IMG/VR virus record: IMGVR_UViG_3300020340_000001
Span: 1 to 61,976 of that record
Strand: one strand, 5' to 3'
Length of the DNA: 61,976 nt
From: a virus
Taxonomy: Duplodnaviria > Caudoviricetes
Shown: in pieces, positions 1 through 9,219 of the stretch
Layout of the letters: every line of letters begins with the position of its first letter
Position numbering within the stretch: position 1 is the stretch's first letter
Program-made: the position numbers and the translations under genes
Notes under the pieces: model-generated
The model's input: the letters and a program-made list of their open reading frames with translations, nothing else
Told to the model about the DNA's origin: nothing
Databases searched by the model: none

Positions 1-77
1 GCCGTACCCAGTTCTTCTTCGAGACACTGGCTCAGTGGCGTAACATCTACTACTTGAGCATTAAGCAGGTTCTTCAC
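1..77. repeat. Terminal 77-bp direct repeat (identical to 61900-61976); circular assembly overlap
   Basis: First 77 nt are identical to the last 77 nt. The terS reading frame runs through the junction, so the genome is circular or permuted, 61,899 bp. Confidence 0.95.
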
Positions 78-554
78 TCTGTCCTTGATAGCCTTTTCAA
101 GGTCTTCAGGACTTTTATAATTGACGGTAATCTCACTTCGCTCTGTGAAAATGCCAATATCGCTGTGTTTACCCAACAGCTCCAGAGCTTTTAGCTCAAA
201 CCGGGGGTCGCCGCAATCAGCTATTTCCATAAGTTTGTTTGTTATAGCGGCCCTGGCCTGTGCTGCATCCATCGCTAGTTGAGCACCGTAGGTCCGAAGA
301 AACGCAGCCGCAGCAAATGCCGTGGTCTGGTTTGTCAGGTTTGATGGTTTCTTTGCTTCCGCTACAGCGCGGAGTAATTCTTTCTCTCGCTCAACATCCC
401 CTTCGGTAACATCGAGCGCCGCACCCAAAGATTCCTGTAGTTCCGCCGTATTCCCTGCTACTGCCATCTCTTCAATCAGGGTCGCAGGTTTCTCCTCGTC
501 GAGGTCATAGGGAACAGCATGATCTTTTGTGGGTTCTATCTGTACCACAGACAT
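1..554 (-). CDS. terS: Terminase small subunit (wraps the origin: 554->1 continuing 61899->61863, 196 aa)
   Basis: Manual translation MSVVQIEPTKDH...DPRFELKALELLGKHSDIGIFTERSEITV...LETADE*. KALELLGKH-type TerS motif; directly upstream of terL and overlapping its start. Missing from the ORF track because it spans the junction. Confidence 0.75.
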   Translation of the reverse strand, partial: MSVVQIEPTKDHAVPYDLDEEKPATLIEEMAVAGNTAELQESLGAALDVTEGDVEREKELLRAVAEAKKPSNLTNQTTAFAAAAFLRTYGAQLAMDAAQARAAITNKLMEIADCGDPRFELKALELLGKHSDIGIFTERSEITVNYKSPEDLEKAIKDRVKNLLNAQVVDVTPLSQCLEEELGT

Positions 555-927
555 ATCGCAGGTATCCAGTACCGTGTTTTGCGGAGTGTAACACAGGTAT
601 ACCCCCTGTATTCAAGAGGAGGTATGGGACTCCAAAGGGGGTATTTTCGTAACAATAGGGGGTGGGTGCGGGTCAGACAGGTATAGGAAAAAAGGGGGTG
701 GGGGTAAGTTATTGATTTACTTAGGTTTTATCTAGTGGGATTGTGAAAGTGTGTGATTCAATGTGGAAATTATTATGTATATAGGCTGCATGGAACCATC
801 TAAGCTACTGGGGCTATAGGGGTAGGGTAGGGGTCTATATGTTGCACATACTATAATATGAGGTAGACTAAAAACAAGTCGAGAGATTACTAACTCATTT
901 CGGAGTCAAGTCCTTTCGACTATAACG

Positions 928-945
928 AGATATCTATAGATATCT
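928..945. promoter_or_regulatory. AGATATCT-NN-AGATATCT palindromic element, first of 10 copies (others at 1711, 1810, 1926, 2393, 2770, 3852, 4949, 8181, 11678)
   Basis: Copies read directly; six sit immediately 5' of a GGAG Shine-Dalgarno and start codon. Confidence 0.75.
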
Positions 946-959
946 CAGGAGTTTTAAAA

Positions 960-1712
960 ATGTCTAAATCTAAATTAACCGAGGCAATCAAGAATACAAT
1001 GTCTGAGCAGCTTGCAGCATCTAACGCTACTGTTATGCTCGAAGTCAAGGATGGCAAGAAGGTATCAATGGAAGAGACGCCTATCACTCTTGATCTGATT
1101 AAGGACCAACTAGAGGATTGCGCCGCAGGTGAGAAACAAGTAGCGAAAGCTACTGAGACCGCTAAAGCTAGAAATGCTAAAGTAGGGACAACTATAGATC
1201 ATTTCACTAAAGCTTTAAATATATTTCCTATAGCGCGAATGAGTAACGGCTCTAGTGTTAAAACGTTACTTGAGAAAAATCCAGAGTATACTAAAGCACA
1301 GCTAGAAGCAGCTATGCCATACTTTTTGTTTTTCATGGAAACCTGTAGGGAACTAAAAATTAGTCCTCAACAAATCAAGAAGAGCAGCGCGTATTATCAA
1401 GGCGCAGGTAAAACTGACGACGCGGTGAGACGCGGTGAAGAGTTAGGTGTGATTGAGGAAGGCACGCTAGACGCTATCAAGGAAGAGCGCGATAGCAAGA
1501 AGGATAAAGCTAAAGCTCAACGTGCGCAGCGCATAGCCGACGAGGAAGTCCGCGATACCGAGCCAGCTCGGTGGCAGATAGGACAGCTCAACGAGTATAT
1601 AACTATGTGGAGAACGAAAGAAATATCTAACGCGTCTATTCAGGCAAGTGTAGATTCAGTAATTTCTATCTTACTTCATGCTGCTAAAGAGCTAGACGAG
1701 CTAGACAGCTAG
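960..1712 (+). CDS. Hypothetical early protein, 250 aa, helical and charged
   Basis: Long ORF with AGGAG SD, flanked by two palindromic elements and followed by a terminator. Confidence 0.8.
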   Translation: MSKSKLTEAIKNTMSEQLAASNATVMLEVKDGKKVSMEETPITLDLIKDQLEDCAAGEKQVAKATETAKARNAKVGTTIDHFTKALNIFPIARMSNGSSVKTLLEKNPEYTKAQLEAAMPYFLFFMETCRELKISPQQIKKSSAYYQGAGKTDDAVRRGEELGVIEEGTLDAIKEERDSKKDKAKAQRAQRIADEEVRDTEPARWQIGQLNEYITMWRTKEISNASIQASVDSVISILLHAAKELDELDS

Positions 1713-1738
1713 ATATCTATAGATATCTGAGTATCACT

Positions 1739-1773
1739 AAGCCCCATCGGAGTAATCCGGTGGGGCTTTTTTT
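1739..1773 (+). terminator. Rho-independent terminator
   Basis: AAGCCCCATCGGA-GTAA-TCCGGTGGGGCTT hairpin followed by a T-run, just after ORF 960-1712. Confidence 0.9.
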
Positions 1774-1840
1774 GTGCCTGTAAAAAATACCCTTGTTTTA
1801 TCATCATCGAGATATCTAGGGATATCTCATCGCCTCCGGC

Positions 1841-1914
1841 TGATGATAGTTAGCCATGCTGTTGCGGCTCCTCTTGCTCCTTGTGATGATAGTTAGCCGT
1901 GCTGTTGCGGCTCC
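1841..1914. repeat. 31-bp direct repeat x2 (period 43)
   Basis: TGATGATAGTTAGCC(A/G)TGCTGTTGCGGCTCC at 1841-1871 and 1884-1914, one mismatch. Confidence 0.9.
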
Positions 1915-1946
1915 ACTTGGCTTTGAAATATCTGTAGATATCTCAG

Positions 1947-2324
1947 TGTACCACAGTGTTACATAATAAACGTAATGTTATGTTTAATGTTATGCTGTAA
2001 GCTGTTGATACTACTAGAGAATCACCTAATGTTATATTGTTACGCCAAAATATAGCATATCCCCATGTTCGAGCGAGGCCCCTCGCAGATGCAAACCAAG
2101 AGAGAAAATAAAAACACATTGGTTCTCTTTTATATTTCTCATAACAATATAACATTACATTACATTACTACTACTCATACCGCGCATTTACTGGGCTTCA
2201 CCCCTGTACCACGTTGTTACATCCATATCCCATTTTCGTAACATTATTTATAACATTACCCCGCAAATATAACGATGTCGCAGCGACAAACTAATTGTAC
2301 CACGGACATTGACATATGTACCAC
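1947..2324. other. AT-rich non-coding region with iterated motifs; candidate replication origin or operator region
   Basis: TGTACCAC at 1947, 2205, 2296 and 2317; 16-bp perfect inverted repeat 2027-2042/2142-2157; multiple TAATGTTA/TAACATTA copies. Confidence 0.45.
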
Positions 2325-2337
2325 AATGTGATATAAT
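2309..2337 (+). promoter_or_regulatory. Consensus sigma70 promoter (early operon)
   Basis: TTGACA (2309-2314), 17-nt spacer, TATAAT (2332-2337): perfect consensus. Confidence 0.9.
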
Positions 2338-2422
2338 GGTAAAGCTGGTAGTAAAAATATTTTTTACCCTTCCAGTGTTTCTTTTAACCATCAGATATCT
2401 ACAGATATCTCAGGAGAACGTT

Positions 2423-2569
2423 ATGAAAGAGCGACTATTGTTTTCACCGTATCTACTCAGGCAACGTCAGTATCGAGAGCGCAAGACTCTTGACCCACGC
2501 CTAAGTCCACCACGAAGACGCTACTCACTAGCAGGTTACGTTTGGTTCCCACGTACACAGAGGGTCTAA
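2423..2569 (+). CDS. Small basic hypothetical protein (48 aa, MKERLLFSP...)
   Basis: ATG after CAGGAGAACG. The track's TTG start at 2309 is the -35 box. Confidence 0.55.
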   Translation: MKERLLFSPYLLRQRQYRERKTLDPRLSPPRRRYSLAGYVWFPRTQRV

Positions 2570-2572
2570 CCA

Positions 2573-2764
2573 ATGGCTAACTGTATCATTTGCAACTCAT
2601 CATTCCCGACAGCACGCAAGCAGTTGGGCATGGACACTTGCCTTGAGTGCGGGGAGCGCGCAGCCAAGCAGGTTAAGCATACTATCGCACCACTAAACAA
2701 GAGCAACTACATGCTGCTTATGCCAGAGGAGTTAAAGCAGCTCAACCCTAAACGCACAATCTAA
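2573..2764 (+). CDS. C4 zinc-finger protein (DksA/TraR-like finger)
   Basis: CIIC...ARKQLGMDTCLEC pattern. Confidence 0.65.
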   Translation: MANCIICNSSFPTARKQLGMDTCLECGERAAKQVKHTIAPLNKSNYMLLMPEELKQLNPKRTI

Positions 2765-2800
2765 CAACCAGATATCTACAGATATCTAAGGAGAACGACA

Positions 2801-3349
2801 ATGGATAAAACTACACCGATACATCAGCATGACTGTGACAACTGTAAGTATCTCATCACCACCAACAAGATGGACATGTACTACTGTGACCAAGGTGGTA
2901 CTGGCGACACCATAGTAAGACGGTTCGGTAGTGAACCAGAGGAGTACGGTTCATCGGGCCTGAGACTAGACTCCATCAACCCCGAAGTCGCACTGGGTAT
3001 GCTAGTAGCAGTACATGAAGGTTACCTGACATTTGGTGACATCATGGAGCATAGTTTCGATAGCAAGCTACCCGAAGGCGAGACCATCAACCTACGTCAG
3101 TGGGCCGAACCACTGGAACGCAACAGGACTAACATAATCATAGACAGCATATATGACGTGGCTAATACCGTGGATGCCATCTCCAGTATTGCCTTGTTCT
3201 CTGACGGTAAGTGGCTTGAGGACGACCATGATTACAACCCCAAGACCTACCAATTCCACTACGAAGCAGGGAGAGACACTTTAGCACTAGCGCATAGTCA
3301 ATTCCTACTGGCCGACCACTGGTATAAGAAGGAGAAGAAAAATGGATAA
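2801..3349 (+). CDS. Hypothetical protein
   Basis: 182-aa ORF with palindrome plus GGAGAACG RBS; N-terminal HxHDCxxC motif. Confidence 0.8.
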   Translation: MDKTTPIHQHDCDNCKYLITTNKMDMYYCDQGGTGDTIVRRFGSEPEEYGSSGLRLDSINPEVALGMLVAVHEGYLTFGDIMEHSFDSKLPEGETINLRQWAEPLERNRTNIIIDSIYDVANTVDAISSIALFSDGKWLEDDHDYNPKTYQFHYEAGRDTLALAHSQFLLADHWYKKEKKNG

Positions 3350-3683
3350 CAACATGATTGTCCTACTAATTAGATACAACACTTATTACCGACCTGTTGA
3401 TGACCCTGATACCGGACTGACTACCAATGAGTCCTATGGAGAATGGTCAGTACTGAATGGAGGATTCTGGGAGCTTTCTGAGCTAGAGCAAAAAATTGAG
3501 GGCATGTCTGATGTTGTATCACACCAGTATGTCAACAGGGACTTTGACGGCCCACGAGATGTAGCAGAGGAGTTTGTAAAGCAATACTACCCCGATATGC
3601 AAGTGCTTGGCGTTGGGCGTTTGCCTGACTCTCGGCATTGGGTAGCAGCACTAGAGCCAAAAAAGGAGAACGACAATGGATAA
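3342..3683 (+). CDS. Hypothetical protein
   Basis: 113-aa ORF, AAGGAG SD, translationally coupled to the previous gene. Confidence 0.75.
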   Translation: MDNNMIVLLIRYNTYYRPVDDPDTGLTTNESYGEWSVLNGGFWELSELEQKIEGMSDVVSHQYVNRDFDGPRDVAEEFVKQYYPDMQVLGVGRLPDSRHWVAALEPKKENDNG

Positions 3684-3846
3684 CAACTTTGAAAAGCTAA
3701 ACATCCATGACCCACACAATGAGTACGTGTGGGCAGACACTACCCCTGCTTGGGTAACACTACTCAAGGTAGCAGGGTTTATCGCAGGTGGCATTGGACT
3801 GTTCATCGTGGTCAGTCTGACAGCCATCATTCTCATGCAACTATAA
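3676..3846 (+). CDS. Small single-pass membrane protein (56 aa), not in ORF track
   Basis: GGAGAACGACA-ATG; MDNNFEKLNIHDPHNEYVWADTTPAWVTLLKVAGFIAGGIGLFIVVSLTAIILMQL* with a C-terminal hydrophobic helix. Confidence 0.75.
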   Translation: MDNNFEKLNIHDPHNEYVWADTTPAWVTLLKVAGFIAGGIGLFIVVSLTAIILMQL

Positions 3847-3882
3847 CAACCAGATATCTACAGATATCTAAGGAGAACGACA

Positions 3883-4758
3883 ATGTACGGCGGAATGACA
3901 GATATGCCAGTGTTACGCTCGTATGAGCAAGCACTGGGGCATTACGAAGGTATTAAACCTATCAGGGGCAGCGATAACCTACGCCCCCTCTGTGCTACCA
4001 CCAATGGTAGACGCAAGAAGCACATGCAGATCATCAAGCGTGATGATGCGATAGCGTGTCGGCTATACAATACCGACGTGCTGACTTTCCACAAGAATGG
4101 CGTAGTTGAGTACTACTCAGGGGGTTACATCAGTAACAGTACTCACGCATTTGCAAGCTCTATCTTCAACCATGTGCATTTCTGTACGAAGCAAAGTGTT
4201 ACGGAAGTAACTATAGGATATCGTAAAACCTACCATGTTGACCCTAATCAAACCTTCAAGATGAAACGCGAGGGTGACATATGGGTCGCCATTGACCCAC
4301 CAAAAAACTTTGAGTACTACCTCAAGCGCAAGGAGTACAACGCCCACCGTAAACCACTCGAAGAGTTTGAAGCCCATTGCATACGCATGGCTAAACTGTG
4401 TGACCCCAAAGAAAAACAATCAGATCGCTACTCGGTATGGGAAGGGTTTAGTAACTCACCTAATGAACGTGGGTGGTTTCAACGCGAACGCTACAAGGAA
4501 CTCACTAGCAAAGACACGGAATCGTGGGGCGAACTCGTACCCCTGATATTGGAGAATGCGCGATCCACACATGTGGAGTATTGGCATGGTCACCACGTCA
4601 CACATTTTTTCGATAAGCGAAAGATTAAGGAGGCTATCAGCGACATTGTGAAGTATGCGTTCGCTGATGAACTCTTTGAACAAAGGGAAGTAAACAAAAG
4701 GACTTTTAACGGTAATGAAAAATTTGTCTGGGACAAATACAAAGGAGGACGAGAATGA
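3883..4758 (+). CDS. Hypothetical protein (291 aa)
   Basis: Long ORF preceded by palindrome plus GGAGAACG RBS. Confidence 0.85.
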   Translation: MYGGMTDMPVLRSYEQALGHYEGIKPIRGSDNLRPLCATTNGRRKKHMQIIKRDDAIACRLYNTDVLTFHKNGVVEYYSGGYISNSTHAFASSIFNHVHFCTKQSVTEVTIGYRKTYHVDPNQTFKMKREGDIWVAIDPPKNFEYYLKRKEYNAHRKPLEEFEAHCIRMAKLCDPKEKQSDRYSVWEGFSNSPNERGWFQRERYKELTSKDTESWGELVPLILENARSTHVEYWHGHHVTHFFDKRKIKEAISDIVKYAFADELFEQREVNKRTFNGNEKFVWDKYKGGRE

Positions 4759-4943
4759 AAACTTTAATGCACGCTAAATCCAAGCAACCTGTGGATACTG
4801 GAGAAGTACTAAGGGATGGCCGTGGTCGTCGCTACTACTTACGTGGTGTTCACAATAACAAGGTACTGGTGACTTCAATGGATGAACAGAAGTTAATGGT
4901 CACCGCTAAACCCGAAGTATTCAACTGCTTCTTAATCAACTAA
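4755..4943 (+). CDS. Hypothetical protein (62 aa)
   Basis: GGAGG SD and ATGA overlap with the previous stop. Confidence 0.7.
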   Translation: MKTLMHAKSKQPVDTGEVLRDGRGRRYYLRGVHNNKVLVTSMDEQKLMVTAKPEVFNCFLIN

Positions 4944-4979
4944 CCATCAGATATCTACAGATATCTCAGGAGAACAACA

Positions 4980-6044
4980 ATGAGTGAAGAAATCGTAAGC
5001 GAATTACGTACCGTTACACTAACGCAAGCAGTACAACTAACCTTGCTAAACCCTGATGTCATCTACATGTGGCGAGGAGAGCCGGGGGTTGGCAAGTCTA
5101 GTGCTGCTCAAGAACTGGCAAGGCAGACAGGTTATCCACTAGCCATGATTGATGTACCCAACCTTGATCTGGGTGACGTGGCTATGCCAGTGATCGACCA
5201 TGAGAGCAAGGTCACTCGGTATTACCCCAACGCACGGTTTGCTTTGGAACGAGGTGAACCTGTAGTCCTCTGTCTTGACGAGTTTACCAAGGGTGCTGAA
5301 CCAGTGAAGAACATGCTGCATCCCATGTTGGAGGTATTCAAACCTAGACTCGGTGACATCGAGCTGCATCCGCAAACCATACGCTACATGACAGGTAATC
5401 TTGATACCGATGGCGTGGGTGATGGACTGGCGCAACACACAAGGCAGCGTGTGGTGGAGCTTATCATACGCAAGTCTGATGCAAACGATTGGAACGCATG
5501 GGCTTTGCACAATGGTATTGATCCTATCGTGATGGCATGGGTAGACAGATACCCACAATGTCTCGCTTCCTATCTCGATGGGGAGAAGAACGAGTTTATC
5601 TTCAACCCTGCTGAACCACAGGATAACGTGGTGTCACCTCGTACGCTAGAAATAGCAAGCAGACAGATCGCTAAACGAGATCAGATTGACGAGGAGACTA
5701 TGCTGACCGCACTGACAGGTACATTGGGTGCGTCGGGTGCGGAGTCCATTATGTCCTTCATTCGGTTTCAGGACTCACTACCTAGTTTCAATTCAATCTT
5801 TAATTCACCGGATACCGCACGTATTCCCACCGAACAGGGTGCTAGAGCAGTCCTAACATTCGGACTGCTGGAGAGAGTGGAGAAGGATACTCTCACAAAT
5901 ATTCTCAAGTATCTCAAGCGCATGGAGGAGGAGTGGCAGGTAATCTTTGGTGTGGCACTCGCCAAGCACAAGACCAAGAGTGCGATTGCGTTTGCTAACA
6001 GAGAGTTTGCTAAGTGGGCTGCTGACAATGAGGACTTACTGTGA
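4980..6044 (+). CDS. MoxR-like AAA+ ATPase
   Basis: Walker A GEPGVGKS, Walker B LCLDE, sensor TGN, SPR motif. Confidence 0.85.
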   Translation: MSEEIVSELRTVTLTQAVQLTLLNPDVIYMWRGEPGVGKSSAAQELARQTGYPLAMIDVPNLDLGDVAMPVIDHESKVTRYYPNARFALERGEPVVLCLDEFTKGAEPVKNMLHPMLEVFKPRLGDIELHPQTIRYMTGNLDTDGVGDGLAQHTRQRVVELIIRKSDANDWNAWALHNGIDPIVMAWVDRYPQCLASYLDGEKNEFIFNPAEPQDNVVSPRTLEIASRQIAKRDQIDEETMLTALTGTLGASGAESIMSFIRFQDSLPSFNSIFNSPDTARIPTEQGARAVLTFGLLERVEKDTLTNILKYLKRMEEEWQVIFGVALAKHKTKSAIAFANREFAKWAADNEDLL

Positions 6045-7288
6045 TGGATAGACAACGAAAGTTTAAAGCTATTCGCATAGGGATAATGCGCTCTGATGAG
6101 TTTGGTTTGCTCAAGGGGATTATGATGATCGGTGAACGCAAGCTCACCACCATTGTACCCACTGCTGCAACTAATGGCAGGGATGAAATCTACAATCCTG
6201 ACTTCCTGTTTGAGACGATCAGCAACGGAGACAAGGGTATCGGCTTCATCATTGTTCACGAGAACATGCACAAGGCAGCGCGACACATGATTGTCTATCA
6301 GGCACTTCATCGCAAGAACGCACGGCTTACGAACATGGCGTGTGACTATTGGATAAATGATCGCATTATGAAAGCTGACCCCGACAAAAGAATCGTGGAG
6401 ATGCCCACCGACTCGGAAGGTAAGTACATTGGACTGTACGACAAGAAGTACGAGGGGTGGACTGTCAAAGCTATCTTCTACGACCTACTCAAGGAGCAGG
6501 AAGAGCAAGGAGGTGACGGGGAAGGCGAAGGTCCACAAGGTGAGGGACAAGGCCAAGGTTCGGGACAAGGCCAAGGTGATGGTGGGTTTGATGACCATGA
6601 CTGGGAAGGGGCGCAGGATATGCCCAAGGAAGAACAGGACAAACTCACTAACGATGTCAAAGAAGCCATAAGGCAGGGACAACATGCTGCCCGCAAAGCA
6701 GGTACAGGTGGACTGCAAGATGCACTGGGTCTGGGTGAACTTGTCCGACCCAAGGTGGATTGGCGTGTACAGTTGCGTGAGTTTCTCAATGCGACGTGCC
6801 GTAAGAAGGAACGCTCCACATGGCGCAGACCTAATCGCAGGTTCTTACATCAAGACATCATTATGCCTACGCTAGAAGGTGAAAGTATCAAGGTCATGGT
6901 GCAAGCCAGAGACGCATCGGGTTCCATGTGGTACGAGGACCGCCTTGGTACGGTGACAGGTGAGATGGTCTCAATCGCCAAGATGCTAGACGTTGATGAG
7001 ATTCATGTCATTGATTGGGATGGCAAAGCTGTGTATCGAGGGTGTTACAACAGTGACCAGATCAAGAACGCACCGCCTATCAAGGAAGTAGTGGGAGGGG
7101 GTGGCACTAATCCGGTGTGTGTCTCTGACTACTTGGATAAGCACAACATCAAACCAGACTGCATCGTGGTGCTGACTGATGGTGAAGTCTATGGCTCGTG
7201 GGGTAATTGGAAAGCCCCTGTACTTTGGGCCATTGCAAACACACGCAAGATAACTGCCCCTGTGGGTAAAACAATTAACATTGATTAA
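6041..7288 (+). CDS. Metallopeptidase-like + VWA domain protein (DUF2201-like)
   Basis: TAATNG and HENMH (HExxH) motifs, G/Q/E-rich linker, MIDAS DASGS, GGGGT, VLTDG. Confidence 0.85.
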   Translation: MMDRQRKFKAIRIGIMRSDEFGLLKGIMMIGERKLTTIVPTAATNGRDEIYNPDFLFETISNGDKGIGFIIVHENMHKAARHMIVYQALHRKNARLTNMACDYWINDRIMKADPDKRIVEMPTDSEGKYIGLYDKKYEGWTVKAIFYDLLKEQEEQGGDGEGEGPQGEGQGQGSGQGQGDGGFDDHDWEGAQDMPKEEQDKLTNDVKEAIRQGQHAARKAGTGGLQDALGLGELVRPKVDWRVQLREFLNATCRKKERSTWRRPNRRFLHQDIIMPTLEGESIKVMVQARDASGSMWYEDRLGTVTGEMVSIAKMLDVDEIHVIDWDGKAVYRGCYNSDQIKNAPPIKEVVGGGGTNPVCVSDYLDKHNIKPDCIVVLTDGEVYGSWGNWKAPVLWAIANTRKITAPVGKTINID

Positions 7289-7316
7289 ACCTAGATGTTC
7301 TAGGTTGGAGAACGAT

Positions 7317-8177
7317 ATGAGTGCAATAGCAAATAGTGCAGTATTGGTACGTCTAAATATTAGCGTATGGGGAGCAAGTAAACGCAACAAGGAATTGGAG
7401 CATGAGGTGGCACGTAACAAAAAAGCTGACCCTCAAGCGATGCGTATGTATGACAACCTGATGGTAGGTTCAACAGGTCATCGAGATGTCCAGAGACATG
7501 CAGCACAGTCTCGCCTATGGCATACCGGACTGACCTTGCCGTGGGATGAACGAGGCTATCGGCTTTGTCCTACTAGTCTATTCATAGACTACAAATCCCA
7601 GCACAATGTGAAACGTGCTACGTTTGACAGACTAGTGGATATCTTTCGGGTTAAGTATCTTGGCTATCGTGAGACTGCTAAAGAATACCGAGGGGACATA
7701 TTCAACGAGCTTGACTACCCACCATTGGCCGAGGTGATGGAGAAGTTTTGTTGGAACTTCACGGTAGCACCTGTCCCACAAAGCGGTCACTTGTACGTAG
7801 ACCTGCCAGAGCAGGAGCTAGAGGAGGTGCGTACCTCATGTGACCAAGAAGTAGAACGCAAGATAGCTGAAGCGAGTAAGGAGAACGAGAAGCGTCTACT
7901 CAAAGAACTGCAAGGCATCAGTGAGAAGTGTACCGACATTGGAGATGATGAGGAGTCAGATAAGCGGTGGCATGACTCATTTATTTCTAATCCTTTGCGT
8001 CTCTGTCAATTACTCAAGCACACGAACCTGACCAGTGACCCCAAGGTAGAGGAAGCACGACAACGTCTCGAAGATGTTATGCGAGGTAAGGACAAGGATA
8101 TGTTCAAGGAAGACCCGCACGTGCGAGAAAAGGTGAAGGAAGAAGTGGACTCAATCATTAAATCTTACGATTGGTAA
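7317..8177 (+). CDS. Conserved phage protein (DUF3150-like) usually found beside AAA/VWA pairs
   Basis: MSAIANSAVLVRLNISVW...TLPW...DYP pattern; ATG 7317 follows GGAGAACG. Confidence 0.6.
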   Translation: MSAIANSAVLVRLNISVWGASKRNKELEHEVARNKKADPQAMRMYDNLMVGSTGHRDVQRHAAQSRLWHTGLTLPWDERGYRLCPTSLFIDYKSQHNVKRATFDRLVDIFRVKYLGYRETAKEYRGDIFNELDYPPLAEVMEKFCWNFTVAPVPQSGHLYVDLPEQELEEVRTSCDQEVERKIAEASKENEKRLLKELQGISEKCTDIGDDEESDKRWHDSFISNPLRLCQLLKHTNLTSDPKVEEARQRLEDVMRGKDKDMFKEDPHVREKVKEEVDSIIKSYDW

Positions 8178-8208
8178 CTGAGATATCTATAGATATTTGG
8201 AGACAAAA

Positions 8209-9219
8209 ATGACTTACAAAGTATTTGATAGCAGCCAAGCTGATGGCTATGTAGAACGGATGAAAACTGGAAAGGGTCTAGGCCATTACATCAACTTTCC
8301 ATCGAACGTGTATTACATAGGACAGAAACGAGACTTTGACTACAACGACAAGAGGCATCCTGATGCACGGCCCCCAAGGGAACTGGTAGGGCCGTCAGTA
8401 GAGACTACCTACGAGGACCAGATAACTAACATACTCTTGAAACTTCTTGAGCACGTAGCGTTTCAGTTTACTGACCACAAGTTTTGTGTTGTCAATGAGT
8501 ATGTGCGCTCACGTGGTGATATAGATCAACATAAACCTACGCGGGTATTTGTCTTTGAGGGCAAACAACCCATTGGTACATTCTGGAGTGATTATATATA
8601 CGAGCGAAGCTCTTACATGTTGTGCTTTGAAAACTCTCGCATTAGCTCAGAACTTTACAGAGATATATGCAAGAAAACTACTGTGTACAACACCGCTAAG
8701 AATATCTACCACAGGTATTTCTATGGTAGCAGTAATCAAGAGGAGGCTTCAGAAGTACATTCGGAATTGCGTAGTAACGTGCGTATGGCAGAAAACGATA
8801 AGCATCGGATTTACTCATCCAAGGTTCAACGTGTGAAAGACGTGTTTGCGAATCAGCTAGAGCAAAAACTCAAGGGTCTGGATGCTCCTGAACTGATGGC
8901 ATTTATCCAAGCGATGAACAGGACACAGTTATTGGATGAAGCCCAAGAAGCAGGGGGAGAATTGTACACAGTCCAGAGCGTATCAAACGCTAAGACTTGC
9001 ATGACCATCCGCTTGCTACCCGATGACAAGGTGCTTGTGTACGAGGAACACAAAGAAGCACTAACAAAACCTAAAAGTGAATTGGGTAAAAAAGTTTTAC
9101 AGGTGTTGGCCCTACTCAAGCTGACAGAACCCAAAACATTTATCGAGAACGCAGGTTACAAACTAAACGATACAGATTACTTGATACTAAAGGAGGCCGA
9201 TCTTGAATTCGACAACTAA
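8209..9219 (+). CDS. Hypothetical protein
   Basis: About 336-aa ORF; palindrome plus GGAG precede ATG 8209. Confidence 0.8.
   Translation: MTYKVFDSSQADGYVERMKTGKGLGHYINFPSNVYYIGQKRDFDYNDKRHPDARPPRELVGPSVETTYEDQITNILLKLLEHVAFQFTDHKFCVVNEYVRSRGDIDQHKPTRVFVFEGKQPIGTFWSDYIYERSSYMLCFENSRISSELYRDICKKTTVYNTAKNIYHRYFYGSSNQEEASEVHSELRSNVRMAENDKHRIYSSKVQRVKDVFANQLEQKLKGLDAPELMAFIQAMNRTQLLDEAQEAGGELYTVQSVSNAKTCMTIRLLPDDKVLVYEEHKEALTKPKSELGKKVLQVLALLKLTEPKTFIENAGYKLNDTDYLILKEADLEFDN

Noticed and set aside
842-869. Promoter for ORF 960 (TTGCAC-N16-TAGACT, or TATAAT at 852)
   Set aside because: Plausible, but two competing imperfect readings; not confident enough to annotate.
2309-2422. N-terminal extension of ORF 2309-2569 from TTG
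   Set aside because: The TTG is the -35 hexamer; the SD-supported start is ATG 2423.
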